Source of the DNA: Dimorphilus gyrociliatus
Lineage: Eukaryota; Animalia; Annelida
Assembly (NCBI GenBank): GCA_904063045.1
Contig: CAJFCJ010000019.1
Span: forward strand, 496,001 to 560,000
Direction of reading: 5' to 3'
Length of the DNA: 64,000 bases
The notes under the pieces were generated by a model that was not told the origin of the DNA, made no database searches, and saw nothing but the letters and a program-made list of their open reading frames with translations. The translations under genes and the position numbers were made by a program. Of the stretch, positions 11,033-24,767 are shown in pieces (position 1 is the first letter of the stretch; every line of letters starts with the position of its first letter).

Positions 11033-14000
11033 ATGATTTTCGGGAAATTACTCTTTTTTTTAACATATATCATTTCATTTATTGTTTATTCTCATCAACA
11101 AGTAACAACAGGTAAGAATAATAACGGATATAGTAAAAAACTTTACTCCATTATTTATTCAGAAAGTTATTAAATAAGCTTTGTTACGTTTCTTCGTGTA
11201 ATTTCAGATATAAGCATATCAAATGTATTAGAAACAAGCTCCCTTCCACTTAAACAATCAATTGCTACCTCTTTGGATCTACAATTTTCAATTGATAATA
11301 CTGGCTTGAATGTTCCCGCTGCTACTACTCCAGATATTATTTACACATTTTACGTCAGAGTAAATATAATATCCATAAACTAGTTAAATCTTTTCAAAGT
11401 AAAATCTGCGCATTTATCTGCAGTATGAAAATGTTGGCGAAAACTTAGGACTCTCTGAAATATTATTGACTGGGGTAACTCCTAGTCAATCTGATGCTCA
11501 TAATACTGGTCTTACAAAATTATTTTCCGTATCCTCTATATCACTAACCATTCCGGTAATTTCATTTACATATTTAACATAAAACGAATATAACAAACAA
11601 TATTTTCTACATTAAAAGGCGGCAAGCTGTTTAGTTATAACGAAACTTTGCGTCAGGGTTTCACCAAACGTTGCTCATATCACAGACGCCAATGCTGCTA
11701 ATGACTTATCTTGTTTAGATATTGAAAGCAGAAAATCATGCGCTCCGGGTAAATTTGTGTGAACCTATAATTTCTATTATTATTTATAAAATGTGCTATA
11801 AATTTTTAACTATCAGATCCATCTTTGACAACTTTTACATCATTAACTTCATCATCAATATCTACAAACTACTTGAAAAGAGATACTGCAGGCACAATTA
11901 CTTTATCGGTCACCGTTCAAAATTCGGCGGCATCTGGATCAGGCAATGATATAACTGCCGTTACTGGGGCCAGTCAGAACTTTGAGTTTCAATGCACTCT
12001 CGCTGAAGTTGATCTAAAAAGTAATGCAGGAACTTCTTCATATTCATCTCCTTCTGGGATAACAATGGATGTCCAACAAGCACTAAATGCTGGAGCTTCA
12101 GTATCAAGTGATATGACAATTTCCTACACTCTAACATCGGCCAATTGTGCTTCAACCCATTTTATTTGTGTTAAATTATCCATTCCTTCCACAGCCAGCT
12201 ACAATGATATTAATACTGCTGACAGCAGTAATGTTATTTGTACTAGCATTGATACATTGAAAGTTTGTACTCCTCTTCTTGGACTTTCAATTACGTCTTT
12301 GGTATCACAAGCTACTCCACCAATTTATAAAGCGAATGTAGCAACCACAACAAACGTTCTTGTATCAATAGGCAACACAGCAGCAAACACACCATCTGGT
12401 CATGGAAATGATATTCCTCTTGCAGATAGCGGAGGAATCAATTACTTACTAACCGCTAGATTCAGGAACTCTGCAGACAACTTAGGATTAGCATCGCAAA
12501 CCGTAACACTCAATACACCATCTCATGCAGAAAGAGCACTTTCCGCATCGGGAAGTTCAGAAAATTTTGATGGAACTGTTGTTGTGACACTTCCAACAGC
12601 AAATTGTGGTGATATAACATACCTCTGTATTAAGGTTGAAACTGGTACAGGTGCGACATACGTTGCTACAGCCGTTGAACAATGTTCAGATATAACAGCT
12701 ATCAAGTCCTGTCCCACTAATGTCGAAGTAACTGTTTTAGCTATTTCAGGAGGTGGGACTTATCTTAAAAAGGATACTACAACTTCATATTCCACAACAT
12801 CAACAATCTCTAACACTGGATCAAACATTCTTGTTAATCCTTCTCAAGATAACTTTATTATAGAATACCAACTGTCGAATGTCGATGTTAGAAGTACAGG
12901 TTTGGCTTCGAATACTTTAGGCCATACAGCAGTTACAGCCACAGTGACACCGGTCTCCGACTTACGAACTGGTTTATTAAATGCTGGAACGTTTGCATTT
13001 ACGTGTCAAGGCTCAGTACAAAATCCAGTGGGTAAATGTATTGAAACTAGATGGCTTTGCATACATATCTATCCTGCCGGAACAGCCACTTATGAAGATA
13101 CAGATAACACAGATGATTGGAGGTGCATATCGCTTTCCCGTACATGTGATACTGATCCTACAATAAATTTACCTCTTACAATATCGCCAACAAATACTTA
13201 TGCTATACAAGATTCGGCTAATTTGATTGGAATATCGACTGTTGTGGCTAACTCTGCAACATTCACTGTAGGTAACAATATTATAGCAGTCACGGGTTCA
13301 GATGCTAACTTCGCTTTCGAAGTGTCTCTATCAAATGTTGATCTAAGAACAACTGCAGGAACAGAGAGTTGGCAAACTGTTAGTGGAATATCTTCCGGCA
13401 CTCTTCAACAAGGTCTAAATGGTCAAGCAACATTTTCCTTAACGGCCTCCTATAGTTTAACACTAACATCTGCCACGTGTAGCTCGAGTAAATTCTTTTG
13501 TTTGAAATTAATTGTACCAGCCACATCTAGCTATTTGGACATTGATTCAGCAGCATCTAGTAACATTGCTTGTTCTGACCTAAACGCACATAAAGTATGT
13601 GATCCACAGTTAAGTTTAGCCATAACTTCAATTGACCCACAATCTACACCGAAAACCTATAAAGCTGGTATATCTCAAACTATTGATTATGATGTTGTTC
13701 TCTCAAATACTGGGAGCACAACACCGGCCGATCATGGAAACGATATTCCAGCTGCTGTTGGAGCTTCGGACGTCAATTGGCTTTTAAAAACTAGATATAC
13801 TGACAGTGATACTGCAGACACTCTCGCTTTAAGTGAACAAACTGTTACATTAACTACTTCCAGTGTTGGACGAAGTGGATTAGCCGCTGGAGGAACGTTA
13901 AACCTTGTTGGATCTGCAACTATCACTTTACCTTCAGCTCAATGTTCGAGTATTAAATTCTTGTGCATTAGTATTTCACCCGGAAGCATGGCGACCCATA

Positions 14001-17000
14001 CTGAACCTACAGTTTCTAAATGTAAAGATATTGAAGCGGACAAAATTTGTTCACCAGATCCGTCTTTAACTGCTTTGGCTTCATTGACCAGTGCTTCGAT
14101 TAATTCGAAACGTTTGATGAGGAATACGGCTGGTGTTGTTACTTTATCTGTCACCGTTCAAAATTCGGCGGCATCTGGATCAGGCAATGATATAACTGCC
14201 GTTACTGGGGCCAGTCAGAACTTTGAGTTTCAATGCAGTCTCGCTGAAGTTGATCTAAAAAGTAATGCAGGAACTTCTTCATATTCATCTCCTTCTGGGA
14301 TAACAATGGATGTCCAACAAGCACTAAATGCTGGAGCTTCAGTATCAAGTGATATGACAATTTCCTACACTCTAACATCGGCCAATTGTGCTTCAACCCA
14401 TTTTATTTGTGTTAAATTATCCATTCCTTCCACAGCCAGCTACAATGATATTAATACTGCTGACAGCAGTAATGTTATTTGTACTAGCATTGATACATTG
14501 AAAGTTTGCACTCCTCTTCTTGGACTTTCAATTTCATCTTTGGTATCACAAGCTACTCCACCAATTTATAAAGCGAATGTAGCTACCACAACAAACGTTC
14601 TTGTATCAATAGGCAACACAGCAGCAAACACACCATCTGGTCATGGAAATGATATTCCTCTTGCAGATAGCGGAGGAATCAATTACTTACTAACCACCAG
14701 ATTCAGGAACTCTGCAGACAACTTAGGATTAGCATCGCAAACCGTAACACTCAATACACCATCTCATGCAGAAAGAGCACTTTCCGCATCGGGAAGTTCA
14801 GAAAATTTTGATGGAACTGTTGTTGTGACACTTCCAACAGCAAATTGTGGTGATATAACATTCCTCTGTATTAAGGTTGAAACTGGTTCAGGTGCGACAT
14901 ACGTTGCTACAGCCGTTGAACAATGTTCAGATATAACAGCTATCAAGTCCTGTCCAACTAATGTTGAAGTAACTGTTTTCACTGATTCTTCAAGTCCAAC
15001 TTATCTTAAAAAGGACACTTCGACCTCATATTCCACAACCGCAACAATCTCTAACACTGGATCAAACATTCTTGTTAATCCTTCTCAAGATAACTTTATT
15101 ATAGAATACCAACTGTCGAATGTCGATGTTAGAAGTACAGGTTTGGCTTCGAATACTTTAGGCCATACAGCAGTTACAGCCACAGTGACACCGGTCTCCG
15201 ACTTACGAACTGGTTTATTAAATGCTGGAACGTTTGTATTTACGTGTCAAGCTTCAGTACAAAATCCTGTGGGTAAATGTATTGAAACTAGATGGCTTTG
15301 CGTTCATATCTATCCTGCCGGGACTGCCACGTATGAAGATACGGATAACACAGATGATTGGAGGTGCATATCGCTTTCCCGTACATGTGATACTGATCCT
15401 ACAATAAATTTACCTCTTACAATATCGCCAACAAATACTTATGCTATACAAGATTCGGCTAATTTGATTGGAATATCGACTGTTGTGGCTAACTCTGCAA
15501 CATTCACTGTAGGTAACAATATTATAGCAGTCACGGGTTCAGATGCTAACTTCGCTTTCGAAGTGTCTCTATCAAATGTTGATCTAAGAACAACTGCAGG
15601 AACAGAGAGTTGGCAAACTGTTAGTGGAATATCTTCCGGCACTCTTCAACAAGGTCTAAATGGTCAAGCAACATTTTCCTTAACGGCCTCCTATAGTTTA
15701 ACACTAACATCTGCCACGTGTAGCTCGAGTAAATTCTTTTGTTTGAAATTAATTGTACCAGCCACATCTAGCTATTTGGACATTGATTCAGCAGCATCTA
15801 GTAACATTGCTTGTTCTGACCTAAACGCACATAAAGTATGTGATCCACAGTTAAGTTTAGCCATAACTTCAATTGACCCACAATCTACACCGAAAACCTA
15901 TAAAGCTGGTATATCTCAAACTATTGATTATGATGTTGTTCTCTCAAATACTGGGAGCACAACACCGGCCGATCATGGAAACGATATTCCAGCTGCTGTT
16001 GGAGCTTCGGACGTCAATTGGCTTTTAAAAACTAGATATACTGACAGTGATACTGCAGACACTCTCGCTTTAAGTGAACAAACTGTTACATTAACTACTT
16101 CCAGTGTTGGACGAAGTGGATTAGCCGCTGGAGGAACGTTAAACCTTGTTGGATCTGCAACTATCACTTTACCTTCAGCTCAATGTTCGAGTATTAAATT
16201 CTTGTGCATTAGTATTTCACCCGGAAGCATGGCGACCCATACTGAACCTACAGTTTCTAAATGTAAAGATATTGAAGCGGACAAAATTTGTTCACCAGAT
16301 CCGTCTTTAACTGTTTTGGCTTCATTGACCAGTACTTCGATTAATACGAAACGTTTGATGAGGAATACGGCTGGTGTTGTTACTTTATCTGTCACCGTTC
16401 AAAATTCGGCGGCATCTGGATCAGGCAACGATATAACTGCCGTTACTGGGGCCAGTCAGAACTTTGATTTTCAATGCACTCTCGCTGAAGTTGATCTAAA
16501 AAGTAATACAGGAACTTCTTCATATTCATCTCCTTCTGGGATAACAATGGATGTCCAACAAGCACTTAATGCTGGAGCTTCAGTATCAAGTGATATGACA
16601 ATTTCCTACACTCTAACATCGGCCAATTGTGCTTCAACCCATTTTATTTGTGTTAAATTATCCATTCCTTCCACAGCCAGCTACAATGATATTAATACTG
16701 CTGACAGCAGTAATGTTATTTGTACTAGCATTGATACTTTGAAAGTTTGCACCCCTCTTCTTGGACTTTCAATTACGTCTTTGGTATCACAAGCTACTCC
16801 ACCAATTTATAAAGCGAATGTAGCAACCACAACAAACGTTCTTGTATCAATAGGCAACACAGCAGCAAACACACCATCTGGTCATGGAAATGATATCCCT
16901 CTTGCAGATAGCGGAGGAATCAATTACTTACTAACCACCAGATTCAGGAACTCTGCAGACAACTTAGGATTAGCATCGCAAACCGTAACACTCAATACAC

Positions 17001-20000
17001 CATCTCATGCAGAAAGAGCACTTTCCGCATCGGGAAGTTCAGAAAATTTTGATGGAACTGTTGTTGTGACACTTCCAACAGCAAATTGTGGTGATATAAC
17101 ATTCCTCTGTATTAAGGTTGAAACTGGTTCAGGTGCGACATACGTTGCTACAGCCGTTGAACAATGTTCAGATATATCAGCTATCAAGTCCTGTCCAACT
17201 AATGTTGAAGTAACTGTTTTCACTGATTCTTCAAGTCCAACTTATCTTAAAAAGGACACTTCGACCTCATATTCCACAACCGCAACAATCTCTAACACTG
17301 GATCAAACATTCTTGTTAATCCTTCTCAAGATAACTTTGTTATAGAATATCAACTGTCCAATGTCGATATAAGAAGTACTGGAGTGGCTTCAAATACTTT
17401 AGGCCATACAGCAGTTACAGCCACAGTGACACCGGTCTCCGACTTACGAACTGGTTTATTAAATGCTGGAACGTTTGTATTTACGTGTCAAGCTTCAGTA
17501 CAAAATCCTGTGGGTAAATGTCTTGATAGTAGATGGCTTTGCATACATATCTATTCCGCCGGGACTGCCACATATGAAGATACAGATAACACGGATGATT
17601 GGAGGTGCATATTGCTTTCCCGTACATGTGATACTGACCCTACAATAAATTTACCTCTTACAATATCGCCAACAAATACTTATGCTATACAAGATTCGGC
17701 TAATTTGATTGGAATATCGACTGTTGTGGCTAACTCTGCAACATTCACTGTAGGTAACAATATTATAGCAGTCACGGGTTCAGATGCTAACTTCGCTTTC
17801 GAAGTGTCTCTATCAAATGTTGATCTAAGAACAACTGCAGGTACAGAGAGTTGGCAAACTGTTAGTGGAATATCTTCCGGCACTCTTCAACAAGGTCTAA
17901 ATGGTCAAGCAACATTTTCCTTAACGGCCTCCTATAGTTTAACACTAACGTCTGCCACTTGTAGCTCGAGTAAATTCTTTTGTTTGAAATTAATTGTACC
18001 AGCCACATCTAGCTATTTGGACATTGATTCAGCAGCATCTAGTAACATTGCTTGTTCTGACCTAAACGCACATAAAGTATGTGATCCACAGTTAAGTTTA
18101 GCCATAACTTCAATTGACCCACAATCTACACCGAAAACCTATAAAGCTGGTATATCTCAAACTATTGATTATGATGTTATTCTCTCGAATACCGGGAGCA
18201 CAACACCGGCAGATCATGGAAACGATATTCCAGCTGCTGTTGGAGCTTCGGACGTCAATTGGCTTTTAAAAACTAGATATACTGACAGTGATACTGCAGA
18301 CACTCTCGCTTTAAGTGAACAAACTGTTACATTAACTACTTCCAGTGTTGGACGAAGTGGATTAGCCGCTGGAGGAACGTTAAACCTTGTTGGAACTGCC
18401 ACTATCACTTTACCTTCAGCTCAATGTTCGAGTATTAAATTCTTGTGCATTAGTATTTCACCCGGAAGCATGGCGACCCATTCTGAACCTACAGTTTCTA
18501 AATGTAAAGATATTGAATCGGACAAATCATGTTCTCCTGATCCAAAAGTTTCTTCTCTTTCCATAAGTCCAGGAGGGTTGAAGTTTAACTCTGACACTGA
18601 CCTTGCGATAACAATTCAATCAGACATTGAAAATGTTGGGACTGCTGGTAATGATTTACCACCTAATCCTGGTTCGACTAATTTCGATGCCGAAATGTTT
18701 TTTTCTAGTGCTGATGTTCGGGCAGGGGGTACAGATACTTTGACTGCCACAAAGTATGCTGTTACAGTTACAAGTAATAAAGACGCTGGTATAGCAGCTG
18801 GAGCCACTGTCACTTTAGATGGATCTGTAACTGTGCGTCTGGGAAATGAATGTGAGAATGCAAAATTTCTCTGTTTTACTTTAAAAGCAGCTTCAACAGC
18901 GACATATGCAGATGAAGATGTAAGTGCATCAAGTAATACATTCTGTAACGATATTAGTTCTTCCAAGTTTTGTAGATCAGGTATAGAATTTTTTTAAAAT
19001 ATGCCTTTTTGTTGTTTTTGATAATTTGATAATTATTTTTTAGATTTGAAAATTTCATCCCTAACGCTTACAAGTAATAATTTCATACAAGACCAAGCGA
19101 ACTCTTTAAATATTGAATTCGATTTGGGTAATGACGGAGCAGCCGGTATTCAATCTACAACGCGTAAGCACATGTGTAATGATATTTTTTCTTTTTTTAA
19201 TCACATTTTTTTTATCTAAAGTTCCGACTGTTAATAAAGAGATCAAAGTTAAAGCTTCGGATCAAGACTTAGGCTCTGTAGGTGCAAGCTCAGATACTTT
19301 GGGAGCAGTTGCAACTGATTTATCAGTCAGTCCCGCAAGTCAAAAGTCTGCAGGGCTACTTTCCGGTAGTTCAGTTCATATAACTGGGACTGTTTCGATT
19401 ACCATTTCTGCTGCTCAATGCCAGAATGCCTTATGGCTTTGCGTGTCTGTCCTTCCTCCTACTGGTGCCACTTATATTGATTTAGATGAATCGAATAATT
19501 GGGAATGCATTGATATCTCAACAAAACGAACTTGTTTACCAGGTTTCTATTTAGGTTTTTTTTTTAATTTCAGAACTAAAAGTAAAAAATTTCTTGTTTT
19601 TTTAAAGATCCAAAGTTCGCAGCAAGTTCTTTAACTGAAACTTCCAGTCAAGCTTTTATTATTGGTACAACTAAAACACTTTCTTTTAGCTTCGATATAA
19701 CAAATGGAGCGTCAGCAGTATCGGGAAATACTGTTTTGGCTGTGACAGGAGTAAACGTAAACTTTGGATTTTCGGCACTCTTAACAAATGCTGACATAGG
19801 AGGTGGAGGTACGGATACCCTGAGTCAAACGCCTGTTGCTGTCACAGTTAGCCTTGCTTCTCTACAGCAAAGTTTAGCTCCAAGTGCTACCGCAACAGTA
19901 ACTGGAACTGCAACAATAACCTTTCCTAGTGGTCTTCAGTGCACGCAATTAACTCATGTCTGCATAACTTTAATAGTAGGAACGGGAGCTAGTTACACTG

Positions 20001-23000
20001 ATGCTGATACAACTAATAATGTGATTTGTCTAGACATTACAAATAGGAAAACATGCGGTCCAGATCCTGCTTTGGTATCTGTAACGGAAGCGGCAAATGC
20101 CAATTTAGATACAGGTGTTGCAAAAACACTTTCAATATCCGTATCAATAGAGAACAAAGCTGCAGCGTCAAGTGGAAATGACCTTTTGAGTGTTATAGCC
20201 CCAAATGCAAACTTTATTCTCGAGTCACAATTCTCAGATGTAGATATTGGTAATGGTGGAACGGATACACTTGCTTTGGCCAAATCAGCTGTAACTATTA
20301 CACCTGCATCAGATGCTCTTAAAGCCATAAGCCAAGGTGCAACTGAAACAATCGGTGCTACAGCTTCAGTCACTGTACCCTCTGGTTCCTCATGTCAAAG
20401 TGTGACATACTTGTGCTTCCATCTATCGGTAGGAACAGGAGCTAGTTATATTGATGCCGATTTGAATAATAATGTTGTTTGCAAGGATATCAGTGCACAA
20501 AAAGCTTGTCAGCCTGACTTAACTATCACGAGTATTGGCATAACACCTGGTACCTTCTTAAAGATGAACACAGCGGTTACTGTTGTTTCAAATGTCACAA
20601 TACAAAATGCGGCATCTGGCAGCCGGTCAAATATTGCTACCGCAACTGCTCCAGTAACAAACTATGCTCTTCAATATAAACTTTCTAGAGATAATTTAGA
20701 AACAAACGTAGACACACTAGGTCTCTCCCCTGTAACCGCAACGGGATTACCAGTATCTGATCTCAGACTGAGCTTGGCTTCTCAAGAATCAATAACAGTA
20801 CAAATAACGGGAGATTTAACAGTTCCAATATTGGATTGTAAATTAGTATTATATCTATGCGTAAGAGTAGATCCAGGTACTGCAGGGTATACGGAAATGC
20901 TGTCAACTAATAATTACAAGTGCGAAAGTATTACAGCAAAAAGAACATGTGGCCCTAGTATGTTTATTATAAATTTCTTTTAACTAGTAGCTAATTTATA
21001 CCCTCTTATAGACGTAGACATTCAAACACTCACTCAACCATCATCCGCAATGATAAATGAGGGCTCAACTACTGAATTAAATTTTCAACTGCAAATTGTT
21101 AACATTGCAACAGCCGCAACAGAGAATGATGTCTTGGCTGTGATATCCCCCGCGTCCAACTATAAAGTTACTGTCCAGCTATCTAATGCTAATTTAGAAA
21201 CAGGTGGAACCGACACCTTGGGATTAACAACTGTTGATTTAACAATACCGGATAATACTCAAACAGTGCATATCATTTATATATCCTCTAGACATATTTA
21301 TCATTCTGTTTTCAACAGGTTCAAGATTTGATTGCTGCAGGACCTGCAAAAACATTAGATTCCATTGCAAATTTTACAGTTCCCGACGGTAAATGCATAG
21401 GATTGCTATTCGCTTGCGCAACAATAGCGCCCGAAGCTTCTTCCAGTTACGTTGACGTTGATACCTCAAATAATGTGCAATGTATTGATATTTCGGGTCA
21501 AAGACAATGTAGACCTGGTAAGTTTGCGTAAAAATTTCAAAACAAAGGTCTAAGATGTGAACGTTTTTAATTATTTATAGTATGGAGTAATTTACCGGCC
21601 AGTATTATAATTAACGAAGATGAGTCGATTGAAAGGATATTAATAACGGCTGCTGCCACTGACCCAATTGGTGAAAGTTTAACATATGAAATGTCACCAA
21701 GACAACCAAGCGTTCCTTTTAAAATAACAAGCGGTAAAGTATTCCAAAGTTGCATTTTAGAGTCATAAAGTATGCTATTTTTACATTAGACGGGAAGATT
21801 AGTATAATAAATGCGCCTAATTTGGATTTTGAACCTGGTCCTCGTCAATATATATTAAATGTTTATGTATCTGATGGAGTATTTAATGAAACAACAACAT
21901 ACACGGTTAATGTAGCGGATGTAAATGAAGCTCCTAATATAACTAATTTACCAATGACAATTACACCATCAGAAAATTTAAAAGGAAATCTATTTACAAT
22001 CACAGGAGTAGATGTAGATTCTGGTGATAGTATTACTTATAGTTTCACTACAGTTCCTGCAACAACTGCCGGTCAACCTTTTAATATTAATACTGGAACT
22101 GGGGCAATAGAGGTGGCGTGGCCACCTGGATTGGATTATGAAAAAGTTACATCATATGTTATGACAGTTACAGCTACTGATAGTTCTGGCCTTACTAGTA
22201 TTAAAGATTTAACAATTGACGTTGTTAATGCTCCCGATCCACCGGAAATTAATAATTTACCTGCATCAATAGCGATTCTAGAAAATGTTACCACTTCCGC
22301 AGTGTTTTTCTCTATCAACGCTACAGATTTACAAAATGATGATATTCTCTTTAATTTATCTGTAACACCAGCTTCAGCACAAAATAAGTTTTTTATACAA
22401 AATGGACACGAAATTGCATTTATTGACAACCCTGACTTTAATGGAGCAACAGAACCCTTAATTACCATCACAGTTGTGCCATACGATACAACATCCTTAG
22501 TTGGAATAAGTCAAATTTTAACTTTAAACGTTATTAATGCTAATGACGAACCAAAGATTCATAATTTACCATCAAGTATCAGTATTCCAGAGGATTTCGC
22601 TATGGGAACTCCAGTATTTACGGTAAAATTTTCCTTGTGTTTTTTGAATTATCAATAAATTTTCCGTTATTTTATAGATAAATTGGGAGGATAGAGATGG
22701 TGATCAAGTTAATTGGGTATATACTGTTTCTCCATCTAATATGTCTACAGCCTTCAATATATCTAATAGTAATTATATTATAAAGTTATTTATTTTGTTG
22801 TTTATGTTGCAATTGAATTATTATTCTTGACAGATGGACTTATTCACATAACTAATAATCCTAGGTTGGATTATGAAACGCTTCAAAAGATAACGATTAC
22901 TATATCTGCATGCGATATAGCTATTTGTACAAACAACAAAGTTTTAGCAGTGAATATTAAAAATGTAGATGAAGCACCACGATTTACGCCTTCTTCCTTG

Positions 23001-24767
23001 AAAGCTAACCTTCCAGAATCAAGTCCTGTTGGGGGCTATGTAACTTTAAAATTTAACGCATCAGATGACGATATTGGAGATTCTTTTGCGTTTAAATTGA
23101 GTAGCGGAATTCACAATGATTATTTTACTATTAATCCAACAAATGGACAGTTAAAGCTTATTAAAGAATTAGACTATGAGAATTCTTCGCTACCAAAATC
23201 GTTTATATTTGGAATAATTGCTACGGATTCAACGAGCTTATCGTCTAGCTTAAGTGTTATTATAAATGTTACAAATGTCAACGAGCATCCGCCTGTATTT
23301 TTGCCCTCACTTTATAGGGCAACTGTAAAGGAAAATTCACCACCCGGTGTTACCGTTGTGCAAGTTTCTGCCACAGATGGTGATTCAGACATATTTGGCC
23401 GATTAGAGTTTTCAATTTCGGTTTTAAATAATGGTTCTACCTATTTGAAAGCCATACAAATAAGTAATACAAAAGCCGTTATTGTTACAAGTACGACACC
23501 GTACGACAGAGAGAAAACTCCAGTTCATAGCGCTTATGTCTATGCTGGAGATGGGGGAAGGACGTATCAGAGGGCCCATCTGTTGATAACAATTTTAGAC
23601 GACAACGATAATCCTCCAGTGTAATTCTACCTTAAATAATAGTCTAAAATCTTTTGTTAATAAAACTTTTATCTATTATAGATTTAATCCGTCGTGGTAC
23701 AATATGGAGGTTAGCTGGGATGCACCTGTAGCGACAAGCGTAAAAAAAATAGAAGTTACCGATCCTGATTCAAGTGATACTCGATTTACCTACACAGCTT
23801 TACAACCAGATACTTATTTTTATATTGGCGCATTAGATGGACAAGTTACAGTCAATGGAAAACTTGAAAATGATAGAGTATACATCCTTTTTGCAACAGC
23901 AACCGATATGGTAGGCCATAAAAGTACAAACAAAGCAACAATACGAGTTGATACATATGATAGAAATTTAATCTTAACTAATTGGACTGTAACAACAACT
24001 AGTGGTACATTTACAGAAGAGGATATCAAGGAATTTGAAAGAAATATTAGCACTTCCTGTACTCCTTGCTCAGCTAAGGTCACTAAAGTTGTTTTGACTG
24101 CAGATCCGTAAGTTCAAACTTAAATTTGCGTGGTATATAATAAAATAAGTGATAAATTTTTACCGTTATCTTATTTGTTTTCTTATCAACTTTCACCAGT
24201 AAAAAATTTGTTCTACTAACTTACTTCCTTGCTGATAATGGAACTTCACCTGGAGATACTAAAACCCCGAAGAACTATTTATCACAGGATAAGGTTGTTG
24301 ATCAATTTCAAAAAAATTCTGTTAATCAAAGAATAGGAGAAATGACAATTGAATCAATGGGACCATATAAAGAAACTAAAAAGGAAAATTGGTGGACAGA
24401 TACAGCTGGCGGACAAGCAGTCATCGCTGTAATATGCTTTTCTTCTCTAGTTATTGTTACTCATGCAATTGCCTATGCTGCTGATGTATTTTACTTCAAA
24501 GGAAGAGCACGGTAAATATAACAAAGAATAACTAGGAAGCTCAAAGGAATGAATTTATTATTTAAAACTTAAACATTCAGATATCGATTCTTCAAGTTCC
24601 AAACGAATGGAAGATCTCCTAAATCTCTATCGAGTGCATCTGTCGCTCCTTCGGAACAGCCTCAATCATCTGGATCAGGAGCTACAGTTAAAGACGTTGA
24701 ATTACGTTTAAATAGTTCTGAAACGGCGACTGGGGGTGGTCCATCAATTCCTGCAGCAGATTCTTAA
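11033..24767 (+). CDS. Giant non-classical cadherin (~4,300 aa): signal peptide, 22 Cys4 CARDB-like modules, 7 cadherin repeats, membrane-adjacent domain, TM helix, short Ser/Pro-rich tail
   Basis: Signal-peptide exon MIFGKLLFFLTYIISFIVYSHQQVTT at 11033. Modules run 11208-21518. From 21581 there are cadherin motifs (PE/EN, DxD, LDYE, DxND/DVNEAP). TM AVIAVICFSSLVIVTHAIAYAA lies at about 24418-24485 and the stop at 24765-24767. The junctions I checked are frame-compatible GT-AG. Confidence 0.85.
11817..18538 (+). repeat. Three near-identical tandem copies of a 2,241-bp (747-aa, five-module) unit inside one coding exon
   Basis: The unit-start Asp codon recurs at 11816/17, 14057, 16298 and 18539, exactly 2,241 bp apart. 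Identical antisense shadow ORFs recur at 13198, 15439 and 17680. Confidence 0.97.

Noticed and set aside
11961-18408. Many recurring 60-72 aa ORFs on the minus strand and in alternate frames
   Set aside because: They are shadows of the triplicated coding exon and recur at the same 2,241-bp period; there is no independent coding evidence.
6980-24767. Dispatched-like gene next to a giant cadherin as a Hedgling/Hedgehog-like export system
   Set aside because: I found no Hedge, Hint or VWA domain in the cadherin. Adjacency alone in such a dense genome is not evidence; only conserved synteny would revive the idea.
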